Origin: Armatimonadota bacterium
GTDB taxonomy: Bacteria; Armatimonadota; SYMT01
Direction of reading: 5' to 3'
Length of the DNA stretch: 64,000 nt
Assembly: GCA_041690135.1 (NCBI GenBank)
Contig: JAWLHY010000017.1
Span: 16,544-80,543 of the forward strand
Part shown: piece after piece, positions 30,719-38,864 of the stretch
Numbering within the stretch: position 1 is the first letter of the stretch
Layout: every line of letters begins with the position of its first letter
Program-made: the position numbers and the translations under genes
Notes under the pieces: generated by a model
What the model saw: only the letters and a program-made list of their open reading frames with translations
What the model was told of the DNA's origin: nothing
Database searches by the model: none

Positions 30719-31051
30719 GCCCCTGACTCCTTTCCGGTATCCAGTTCGCCGCGTGGATCGCATTTCCTCATCAGACCTCGCGAAAGCCGATAGGAGTATC
30801 ACGACCAGGCGCCATGGGTTAAAGGCCGCAGCCCGTGACCGGTCCCCCTCGGACTCACATCCGTGGCTGACGGACCGAAGTCCCACCCAAGGGGTGCCCG
30901 GCGTGGACTCGGAACCGGCCATACGCAGAGGAAAGGTGCGTTTCACCGATCCATTTCCGTAACACCGACCGTAACACTGAAGCCCCTGCACCGGTGGGTG
31001 CAGGGGCTTCAGTTCCGGGTTTACGCCCGACCTTCTGGAGACGCTGGGGTG

Positions 31052-32950
31052 TTACGCGCCGGCGGAGGCGGCGGGCCCGTCGCCGGACGGGTCGCTGTCG
31101 ACCTGGGGCCGCGTCGCCGGGACGACCGCCGCGGTTACCGTTGCCTCGGTCTTCGGCGGGGCCGCATGCCCGTTGCCGGAGCGAGCCCGCAGGAACTCTT
31201 CGAGAACGTCCGTTGCCTGGGGGCCCAGCGTGGACAGCAGTTCCTGAATCGGGGCCGGCAGCGACTTCAGCAAGCCATCCAGCTTGTTGCTGAAGCCCAT
31301 GCCCTGCGTGTACTGGCTGAACATCGTCGACATCGTGGTCGGATCGCCGTAGATGTTGTAGTTGCCCTTCGACATGAACTGTCCGAGGGCCGCCGCCAGG
31401 GCCATCTGCACTTCCTTGTCCGCTTCGATGCGGAGCTTGGCCGTTTCGAATTCGATGGCGGCACGGTCGAAGGTCTGGCGGTTCTCCAGCGCCTTGCGCT
31501 CGACTTCCACGCGGGCCTGCTCGACGTTGACTCGCTCGCGCTCGACGTTGACTTCCACCAGGCGCTGCGCCTGCTCGCCCTGCGCGACCATCTCCTTGGC
31601 GCGGGCTTCCGCTTCCGCGAGCTTCAGCCGCGCCTGGGCTTCCAGGTCGGCCGACTTCTGCGAGGCTTCCGCCTTTTTGATCTCGGCGAAAGCGGCGACC
31701 TGCGCCTCTGTCTCGCGCTTGATCCGCTCTTGCTCGATGACCTGCTTGGCCCCAATGAGCTTGGTTTGCGCTTCGCGCTCCGCCTGGGCAGTGGCCTGGA
31801 CGGTCACGATCTCCTGGTTGGCGCGTTCCCGCTCGGCCTGGGCCGCGAGAGCCTCCCGCTCCGCCCGCGCTCGCGCGGCCTCGGCTTCGGCCACGGCAAT
31901 CTGCTTTTGGCGTTCAGCGAGTTCGACGGCCTTCATGCGCTCGATATCGGTCTGCTCGCGTTCCTGTTGGCGCCGGATGAGCGTTTGCTCTCGTTCGATG
32001 TTCGCCGATTCGATCGCGAGGTCTCGGGCGATCTCCGCCTGGCGTACCGCTTGCTCCTGGGAGACGGAGAACGCCTGTTTCTCCCGGGCACGTTCGGACT
32101 GGATATTGGCAACGTCGCGCTCCTGGTTGGCGACCGCCTCGGCGCGCTGCCGCTCCAACTCCAAGACCTGCTGGCGCGTGACCACATCCTGCTGCGTGAT
32201 CTGCTGCTCCGCCATCCGCTCCAGGCGGTTCCGCTCGACGCGGGCCGCGGCAGTGATCTCGGTGATCTTCTTCTTGCCCTGGGCGTCGAAGATGTTCTCA
32301 TCCGAGAGGCCGCGGGGGTCCGTCTGGTCGAGGCGGGAGATCGTCACGGTCTCCAGCAGCAGGCCATTCTGCTGGAGTTCCTCGGAGACGAGTTCCTGAA
32401 CGCCGCTGGCGAAATTCTTCCGATCGGAGTGGATCTCCGCCAGGTCCTTCTGGGCCGCCACGGAGCGCAGGGCCGACACCAGCTTTTCGAATACCAGGGT
32501 GCCGACCGCTTTCGCGTCCACGGACTTGTGTCCCAGGGAGCGGGCGGCCTGCAGGACGTCTTCTTCCGTGGGGTTCACGCGAATGTAGAATTCCGCCTTG
32601 ACATCGACCCGCAGGTTGTCCTGGGTAATCAAGGCGTCCTGATCCATTCGCTCCACTTCGAGCTTCATCGTTTCCAGGGACACCGGCGCCACCTGGTGCA
32701 TGACGGGCCAGACAAACAGGCCGCCGTTCAGTGCCACCTGGGCATTGCCCCAGCCTGTCCGAACGAGAGCCTCACTGGCCGAGGCCCGCCGGAATACGCA
32801 AAACAATGAGGTGACGAGACCGACTACGGCTACCACACTCCCAATGCCGGATGCGGCAAGACCGGGCACTCCCATGGTCGCCGCCACACCGGTGAAACCC
32901 GCTATGATCATCACCACGCCGACGATGATCAGCGCAAACCCAAACAACAT
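31052..32950 (-). CDS. Flotillin-like SPFH/band-7 protein (YqiK-like) with long C-terminal coiled coil
   Basis: An N-terminal TM, then an SPFH domain and ~300 aa of E/R/A/Q-rich heptad-like coiled coil (ERQRAEAVANQERD..., AEAEAARARAEREALAAQAERERANQE). Confidence 0.8.
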   Translation of the reverse strand: MLFGFALIIVGVVMIIAGFTGVAATMGVPGLAASGIGSVVAVVGLVTSLFCVFRRASASEALVRTGWGNAQVALNGGLFVWPVMHQVAPVSLETMKLEVERMDQDALITQDNLRVDVKAEFYIRVNPTEEDVLQAARSLGHKSVDAKAVGTLVFEKLVSALRSVAAQKDLAEIHSDRKNFASGVQELVSEELQQNGLLLETVTISRLDQTDPRGLSDENIFDAQGKKKITEITAAARVERNRLERMAEQQITQQDVVTRQQVLELERQRAEAVANQERDVANIQSERAREKQAFSVSQEQAVRQAEIARDLAIESANIEREQTLIRRQQEREQTDIERMKAVELAERQKQIAVAEAEAARARAEREALAAQAERERANQEIVTVQATAQAEREAQTKLIGAKQVIEQERIKRETEAQVAAFAEIKKAEASQKSADLEAQARLKLAEAEARAKEMVAQGEQAQRLVEVNVERERVNVEQARVEVERKALENRQTFDRAAIEFETAKLRIEADKEVQMALAAALGQFMSKGNYNIYGDPTTMSTMFSQYTQGMGFSNKLDGLLKSLPAPIQELLSTLGPQATDVLEEFLRARSGNGHAAPPKTEATVTAAVVPATRPQVDSDPSGDGPAASAGA

Positions 32951-33018
32951 CTCCGTTCTCCTCTCCGGATCGCAGGATCCGGGTCTACGAACGCTTACTC
33001 GCCCACTAAGGATACGAT

Positions 33019-33726
33019 TTAAATCCGATCAACAAAGGTGCGGGAATCGTCGACCTGGTACACACTGCGCTCCGAGTCGTAACCCAGCACGATAATCTCC
33101 TGCCCGCTCTCCAGCCGTCCGCTCTCCGTCCGGGCCCGTACCCGGTGCAGGGTGCCGTGCTGATCCCGGATGTGGACCGTGCCCTCCGAGTCGGTGACCG
33201 GGTAAACTACCTGTCCGGTGGAGCCCACGAGTTGTCTTCGCTTTAGCGAAGCCGTCTCCACCGGACGGTAGACCTTGCCGACGAGGGTCGCGACACCCCG
33301 GGTGAACACCAGGCTCAAGAAGAGCGTGACGGGGACGGACCCGAGCAATGCTGAAGGCCCCGTCGCCTGTACCACCTGGTGGAAGGTCAGGCCGATCGTT
33401 CCCCAGAAGAGGAACAGCACTTGCAGCACCAGGCTAAGCGGCGCCTTGCCGGCCCCGATAAACAGCAGCGGTCCCATCCAGGGGGCTGCGTGTCCACTAT
33501 GCCCCGCATCCCCCTCCAGGGAGGCTTCTCCGCCGGCATCCGCATCGACCTCCAGGTCGAGGTCTACATCGACGTCGGTGTTGACTCCCTCCGCGCCCGC
33601 ATGTCCGGCTTCCACCATCCCGCCGGCCAACCCGAAAACGGAGGTCATGGTGAGCAGGATCAGGACCACCGCCAGTGGAATCGAGTAAACTGCATTCCAC
33701 CACGTGAATAGCCAGCTCAGTTGCAT
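33019..33726 (-). CDS. NfeD-like membrane protein (YqiJ-like), partner of flotillin
   Basis: N-terminal TM helices. An acidic/His-rich linker (VNTDVDVDLDLEVDADAGGEASLEGDAGHSGHAAPW), further TM helices, and a C-terminal OB-fold-like soluble tail. It lies directly upstream of the flotillin gene on the same strand. Confidence 0.6.
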   Translation of the reverse strand: MQLSWLFTWWNAVYSIPLAVVLILLTMTSVFGLAGGMVEAGHAGAEGVNTDVDVDLDLEVDADAGGEASLEGDAGHSGHAAPWMGPLLFIGAGKAPLSLVLQVLFLFWGTIGLTFHQVVQATGPSALLGSVPVTLFLSLVFTRGVATLVGKVYRPVETASLKRRQLVGSTGQVVYPVTDSEGTVHIRDQHGTLHRVRARTESGRLESGQEIIVLGYDSERSVYQVDDSRTFVDRI

Positions 33727-33980
33727 GGCGCGTCTCCCGAACCGCCTCGCATCGTCAACCCGGGCGTTCCTATCACTTAACGGGCCGGCTCGCGGATCGG
33801 ATGCGGTTAGACCGTTCTCGTCACAGCATTCCCCGCCGCAACCATTCGAGCCTTCTTTGGACCCTAAATTCCTCCCGCAGAGCGTTGACGGAGGACTAGA
33901 CCGCCCCGCGGAACAACAGATTCTCCGGTGTGCCCGTCGATCCTGGACGGGTGTCCCTCTTAGGTTTCAGTAAGAAGACT

Positions 33981-34940
33981 ATGCGATTACTCACTTTTGA
34001 GACGGCCGGCGAACAGCGCCTGGGGGCGGAATGGCAGGGTCGGATCGTCGACCTGCAAAACGTGGCGGCACTCGTCCAGCTCGTGAAGTACGGCGCCACC
34101 GCCGCCGCGGATGTGCGAGAGCGCTTCCCGTCCGACATGCTCGCTTACCTGCAGGGCGGCAGCGTTACTCGCTCCATCGCCCGCGAGGCGATGAGCTTCC
34201 TGGGCGATCTCCCGGAAGACGTGATTCAGAACCTGGCAGGCCAGAGCGCTCTCCTCTATCGGGAGGACCAGATCCGGCGACGTGCTCCCATCGCCCGGCC
34301 TCCTAAAATCGTTTGCGTGGGCCTCAACTATCGCGACCACGCCGCCGAGAGCAACATGGCGATCCCCACCGAGCCGGTGCTGTTCCCCAAGTACGGCAAC
34401 ACGGTTGTCGGCCCCGGCGACTCGATCGTCCTGCCGCCGGACAGCACCGAGCCCGACTACGAGGCGGAGCTCGTCTTCGTGATCGGCAAGAAGGGCCGCA
34501 ACATCTCTAAGGCAGACGCGATGAGCCACGTTGCCGGCTACACCTGCGGTCACGACGTGAGTGCTCGCGACTACCAGCTCAAGCGCGGCAGCGGCCAGTG
34601 GATGGTCGGCAAGACGTGGGACACCTTCGCTCCCATGGGACCGGTGCTCGTTACGGCGGATGAGGACCTCGATCCGCACAACCTGCCCATCCGCTGCGTG
34701 CTCAACGGTGAGACACTCCAGAACTCCAATACGAACCAATTCATCTTCACAATTCCGGAAGTGATTGCGTATCTTTCGCGGATCATGACTCTGGAAGTGG
34801 GAGACTGCATCTTCACCGGGACGCCTCCCGGGGTCGGGTTCGCGCGCAAGCCGCCCGTGTTCCTGAAGGACGGCGACGTGGCGGAGATCCAGATCGACGG
34901 GATCGGCGTGCTGCGGAATCCGGTGAAGGCCGCCCCGTAA
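33981..34940 (+). CDS. Fumarylacetoacetate hydrolase (FAH) family protein
   Basis: FAH catalytic block GPGDSIVLPPDSTEPDYEAELVFVIGKKG...GYTCGHDVSARD and a C-terminal FTGTPPGVG. The start was chosen at MRLLTF. Confidence 0.85.
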   Translation: MRLLTFETAGEQRLGAEWQGRIVDLQNVAALVQLVKYGATAAADVRERFPSDMLAYLQGGSVTRSIAREAMSFLGDLPEDVIQNLAGQSALLYREDQIRRRAPIARPPKIVCVGLNYRDHAAESNMAIPTEPVLFPKYGNTVVGPGDSIVLPPDSTEPDYEAELVFVIGKKGRNISKADAMSHVAGYTCGHDVSARDYQLKRGSGQWMVGKTWDTFAPMGPVLVTADEDLDPHNLPIRCVLNGETLQNSNTNQFIFTIPEVIAYLSRIMTLEVGDCIFTGTPPGVGFARKPPVFLKDGDVAEIQIDGIGVLRNPVKAAP

Positions 34941-34948
34941 TCGCGGGG

Positions 34949-34990
34949 ATTGCAAATTGCAAATTGCGGATTGTAAATTGCAAATTGACG
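34949..34990. repeat. AT-rich heptanucleotide tandem repeat (ATTGNNN x6) in the FAH-downstream intergenic region
   Basis: attgcaa attgcaa attgcgg attgtaa attgcaa attgacg, flanked by G-runs (cgcgggg / gggg). It is the same unit family as 24662..24700. Confidence 0.7.
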
Positions 34991-35024
34991 GGGAGTAGAA
35001 CTGCTTCCCTGGTGGAGAGAGGAA

Positions 35025-35261
35025 ATGCCGGAAACAGCGCAGATGGAGATCGTGAACGTTGAGGGGCGCGAGATCAAGCTTCGCTGGAAGTCGCCCCGGT
35101 TTGGAGAGTGGCTGGCCTGGTGTTACGTGCCGGCCCAGACCCAGCTTCATAACGAGGGCGCCGGATTCGAAGCGCGCGCCGCCACGCCGGACGAGGCGAA
35201 GGAAGCCTGCCTCGCCAAGGCGCGTAACTACCTCAACCAGCGGAGCCCCGCTTCTGCCTGA
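35025..35261 (+). CDS. Small hypothetical protein (78 aa)
   Basis: Good GC3 bias and a strong SD (GGAGAGAGGAAATG) immediately upstream. It overlaps the 5' end of the annotated 35059 ORF in another frame. No family was recognised. Confidence 0.4.
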   Translation: MPETAQMEIVNVEGREIKLRWKSPRFGEWLAWCYVPAQTQLHNEGAGFEARAATPDEAKEACLAKARNYLNQRSPASA

Positions 35262-35283
35262 GCCAGCGCAGATCGATGCCCTG

Positions 35284-36018
35284 GTGATGGCCGGAGGCCG
35301 CATCTCCGGGCTCTTCGCCCGAGCGACGGGTACCACCGTGAAAGGATTGGTGCCCGTCGCCGGTGAGCCCCTGGTGCGGCGCGTGGTCGGCTCCCTTCAG
35401 GCCACGCCCGCTATCCGGAGGGTCTGCGTCGTGGGACCCGAGGAGGTGCGAGAAACGCTGCCGGAAGGCGTCCTCTGGTGCCGGGGAACCGGGCGCGTGG
35501 TGCAGAACCTCCGGTCCGGCATCGAGGAGTTGGGGATCTCAAACCGTCGCCTGCTGCTGTGCGGTACCGACGTGCCTGCCCTCACTCCCGAGGCGCTCTC
35601 CGACTTCATCGCGCGAACGCCGGAAGAAGCGGAGATCTCCATGCCCGTGGTGCGCAAGGAGCGATTCACCGCCACGTTTCCCGGTAATCTGGGGATCTAT
35701 GTCCGGCTGGTGGAAGGGTCGTTCACGGGGGGCGGCCAGTACCTGGTCGATCCGCGTAAGCTCCTGGAAGTACTGCCCCTGTTGCAGCGCCTGTTCGACA
35801 GCCGGAAGTCCCAACTGGCGATGGCCGCCGTGATGGGGCGGGCGGTGGTGTGGAAGCTGATCCGGCACCGTCTTACTGTTACGGAGCTCGAGACTCGCCT
35901 TTCCGAGTTGACGCATTGCCGGTGCCGCGCCGTAATGGACTGCGCCCCGGAACTGGCCTTCGACCTGGATGCTTGGATGGACCTGCGCTACTTCGAGGGA
36001 TGGCTCCAGCGGCCATGA
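35284..36018 (+). CDS. MobA-like NTP-transferase domain protein (nucleotidyltransferase, GT-A-like fold)
   Basis: N-terminal ALVMAGGRISG...GLVPVAGEPLV (the L-x-x-AGG-x-x-R NTP_transf_3 motif). The start was chosen as GTG 35284; the ORF is open from 35059. Confidence 0.6.
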   Translation: MMAGGRISGLFARATGTTVKGLVPVAGEPLVRRVVGSLQATPAIRRVCVVGPEEVRETLPEGVLWCRGTGRVVQNLRSGIEELGISNRRLLLCGTDVPALTPEALSDFIARTPEEAEISMPVVRKERFTATFPGNLGIYVRLVEGSFTGGGQYLVDPRKLLEVLPLLQRLFDSRKSQLAMAAVMGRAVVWKLIRHRLTVTELETRLSELTHCRCRAVMDCAPELAFDLDAWMDLRYFEGWLQRP

Positions 36019-36800
36019 ACCCGCGACCCCCACTGCGCCTGACGCTCGGCGGTAACGCTACCGTGTGGCTGGAGTCGGCGGGCTTCCAGGCGGTGACAGA
36101 CCCCTGGCTTAGCGAGCGGATCGGTCCCTGGAAGCGCCTGCGTCCGGCGGGAATTGCTTCCGCCTCCCTTTCCGCGGCGCAGGTGGTGCTGATTTCGCAT
36201 GCCCACCCCGACCACCTCGATCTCGCCACGCTGGAAGGCGTGGCGCGCGACACCCCGATACTGTCCCCGCACGGCGCGCCGCAGCGCAAATTGGAGCGTG
36301 CTGGCTTCCGCCGGGTGATCGGCCTGGCGGACTGGGAAGAGTGGGAAGGGGAGGATGGGCGGGTGGTCGCGACCCCCTGTGTCCACACCCGATGGTCGCT
36401 CGGCTTCGTGCTCTATCTGGCGGGAGGGACCGTTTACTTCGCGGGGGACGCCGCTCCGCGGACTCCGTTTCGCGAGATTCGCGAGCGCTGCGGTCCCCTC
36501 GACGTGGCGCTCATGCCGGTTGGTGGGTCCGTTCTCGCGCCCGCGCCGCTCCAGCGGCATCTCACTCCGGAACTCGCCGCGCGCGCAACGGCGGAACTCG
36601 GGCCAAAGGTGGTGGTGCCCATGCACTGGGGACACGTTCCCTGTGTACCGTCCTTCATCGACGGCTTTCGCGGAACGGCCGCCGGTTTCGCGGCAGCGCT
36701 ACGGGAGCTTGCCCCGAACGTGCGCATGCTGATGCCTGGTGATGGTGCGGTTACCATTCTCGATTTCTCCGAACCGCAAGGCAGCCGGCCTGGCGGATGA
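36015..36800 (+). CDS. MBL-fold metallo-hydrolase
   Basis: HxHxDH motif LISHAHPDHLD. The ATG overlaps the upstream stop (ATGA at 36015-36018). Confidence 0.75.
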   Translation: MNPRPPLRLTLGGNATVWLESAGFQAVTDPWLSERIGPWKRLRPAGIASASLSAAQVVLISHAHPDHLDLATLEGVARDTPILSPHGAPQRKLERAGFRRVIGLADWEEWEGEDGRVVATPCVHTRWSLGFVLYLAGGTVYFAGDAAPRTPFREIRERCGPLDVALMPVGGSVLAPAPLQRHLTPELAARATAELGPKVVVPMHWGHVPCVPSFIDGFRGTAAGFAAALRELAPNVRMLMPGDGAVTILDFSEPQGSRPGG

Positions 36801-37071
36801 GGGTGATCCGCCGGAAGGGGTATCCGTCACTAATCCCTTCGACGGCCCTTCTGCCGTCAACCCGCTCGACTACGCACTCCCCAGGAAGCCGGACTGTCTG
36901 GAGTTCGCCACTCGTGCGGCTCACATCCCTCCCAGCCTCACTACCCGTCGTCCAATCTGTTGTTCCTGGCAATCTGCGACCGTCATGGCCGCGCCGGAAT
37001 TCCCAGGAATCTCATCCTTTGGTTGCAGTCGGCACATCGGCCGGAAGGCGGAGAAGTAGCCGGTCTGGGGG

Positions 37072-38166
37072 GTGGATTATAGCCGAGGTAGCGATACTAC
37101 ACTCCCGGATGATGGCGAATACTTCGAGTGGCAGGGACAAGCGGACCCGCTGCCGGAAGAAAGAGTCGCCATGCAGGGAATTGCCCATCCACAGTGGACC
37201 GGAAGTCGCGGTACGGATCGATGCGGGAAGAATGCCCGGACGACCGAATGGCGCGGCGTTCATGGCAACGTGGAACCACTCCGTGGCGACTGGGTTGTGG
37301 TTCCCGCGGAAGCGGCGTCCTCCGAGGCGCCGAGCCGTTGCTGGCACCGGGCGGAGTTGGCCGGAGAGTGGTTGTGCGGGGAAGTATTCCGCGGTGCGGA
37401 CCTGCGCGAGGCAAACCTGCGCGGCGCCGACCTCACGGATGCGGATTTGCGCGGGGCGGACCTGCGGGGAGCCAACCTGTGCCGCGCCAACCTGGCCTGT
37501 GCGGACCTGCGGGGTGCGGACCTGCGGCACGCGCACCTTCGCGATCTGCAGTTGGACGGCGCAGTCTACGATCGGCGGACGCGCTGGCCCGAGGGGTTTG
37601 ATCCGAAGTCCCGGACCGAATTACGCAGGGTGGGGGAGAAGAAAGTCCATCGCTCCGGTTGGCCGGTGGGGTTCTGGGTTCTGGCCGGGTTGACAACCCT
37701 TGTCGACCAGGGCACGAAGGGGTTAGTTCGAGAGCTAGTCCCCGAGGGAAATGTCGCGGGATCGCTCCTGAACGGCACCGTCTTGCTCCAGCACATCGAG
37801 AACCGGGGCCTGACCTTCCACCTGCTGGAAGGTCAGGCATCCCTGCTGATTGCGGTGGGAGCGATCCTACTGCTCGGGGTCCTGGTGGCCTACGCACATC
37901 TGCTCAAAAGAGGAAACCTTGCGGAACCCGCGCATCTCGCGGGCCTGGCGCTTCTTTTCGGCGGGGGTCTTGGAAATCTCCTTGACCGGGTGCTCCACGG
38001 TGCCGTATTGGACTTCATCGGGCTTTACGCCGGCCCGACTTTCAACCTCGCGGATGTTGCCATTCTTGCCGGCGTAGCCTGCTTCGGTCTCACGCTGAAC
38101 TCGAACTCGCGACACACACTACCGCGCTTTCAGCCTGCCGGCTGCCTGGACGTTTACAGAGGGTAA
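37072..38166 (+). CDS. lspA: Pentapeptide-repeat domain fused to lipoprotein signal peptidase II (LspA)
   Basis: Residues ~95-165 are tandem pentapeptide repeats ([49 protein letters not shown]). The C-terminal ~170 aa align with LspA conserved blocks: [19 protein letters not shown] (catalytic Asp), VLDFIGL and [13 protein letters not shown] (second catalytic Asp). Confidence 0.7.
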   Translation: MDYSRGSDTTLPDDGEYFEWQGQADPLPEERVAMQGIAHPQWTGSRGTDRCGKNARTTEWRGVHGNVEPLRGDWVVVPAEAASSEAPSRCWHRAELAGEWLCGEVFRGADLREANLRGADLTDADLRGADLRGANLCRANLACADLRGADLRHAHLRDLQLDGAVYDRRTRWPEGFDPKSRTELRRVGEKKVHRSGWPVGFWVLAGLTTLVDQGTKGLVRELVPEGNVAGSLLNGTVLLQHIENRGLTFHLLEGQASLLIAVGAILLLGVLVAYAHLLKRGNLAEPAHLAGLALLFGGGLGNLLDRVLHGAVLDFIGLYAGPTFNLADVAILAGVACFGLTLNSNSRHTLPRFQPAGCLDVYRG

Positions 38167-38171
38167 AAGAG

Positions 38172-38864
38172 ATGATCATCAGACACATCGAGAGCAAGGA
38201 AGTGCTGCTCCGCAACGAAGAAAACACCCTCGACGGCGCGATGCTCCGGGCCGAGGACCTGGCGGGCGCCGATCTGCGTTACGCCTCGCTGAAAGGTACC
38301 AATCTGGTGGTGGCCGACCTCCAGCGCTGCAGCCTGAAAGGTGCGGACCTTCGCGGGGCAGACCTTCGGGGTGCCGACCTCCGCGGCGCCGACCTCACGC
38401 GAGCGGATCTTCGGGACGCCGACCTGACGGACGCCAACCTGGAAGAGGCCGTCCTGGTGGGAGCCAACTTCCACAGTACGGAACTTCAGGAAGCCAACCT
38501 GGCGCGCGCCAATCTGCGAGGCGCAAACCTGGTGCTGGCGAACCTGGTCCGGACCGATTTGCGGGAGGCCAATCTGACGCGAACCAACCTCTACAATGCG
38601 AACGTGTGCAGTGCCAACCTGGAAGGCGCCGTTCTCGATGAATGTGAGCTGGACGGCACCCGTTACGACAACTTCACGCGCTGGCCGGCGGGCTTCGACG
38701 TGGAACGGAGTCGCGCGGTGTTCTCACTCCAGCGGCGACGGGAGGACCGCACTCGCGCAGGGGCTTCCGATACCCCCGAGACGCGCGCGCGGAATGGGCG
38801 GGGCGAAGGTAACCCGCCGCTCCGGAGCCTGGTAGCCGCCGGTGGGAGGCGGTCCACCGACTGA
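38172..38864 (+). CDS. Pentapeptide-repeat protein (paralogue of the N-terminal domain of the upstream fusion)
   Basis: A long run of A(D/N)LxG pentapeptides. It ends with TRYDNFTRWPAGFDVERSR, matching [15 protein letters not shown] in the upstream fusion gene. It starts 6 nt after the fusion gene. Confidence 0.7.
   Translation: MIIRHIESKEVLLRNEENTLDGAMLRAEDLAGADLRYASLKGTNLVVADLQRCSLKGADLRGADLRGADLRGADLTRADLRDADLTDANLEEAVLVGANFHSTELQEANLARANLRGANLVLANLVRTDLREANLTRTNLYNANVCSANLEGAVLDECELDGTRYDNFTRWPAGFDVERSRAVFSLQRRREDRTRAGASDTPETRARNGRGEGNPPLRSLVAAGGRRSTD

Noticed and set aside
29210-32809. ORFs 29210..30793 + (527 aa) and 30863..32809 + (648 aa)
   Set aside because: They are antisense to the DMFase-like and flotillin genes. 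The flotillin-antisense frame is a repetitive Leu/Arg/Gly-rich translation of the coiled-coil codons.
35059-35283. N-terminal 75-aa extension of the MobA-like transferase ORF (start at 35059)
   Set aside because: It overlaps the SD-preceded 78-aa ORF in another frame and the extension is Arg/Pro/Ser-rich. The conserved nucleotidyltransferase motif begins at ~35284, so a downstream GTG/ATG start is preferred.
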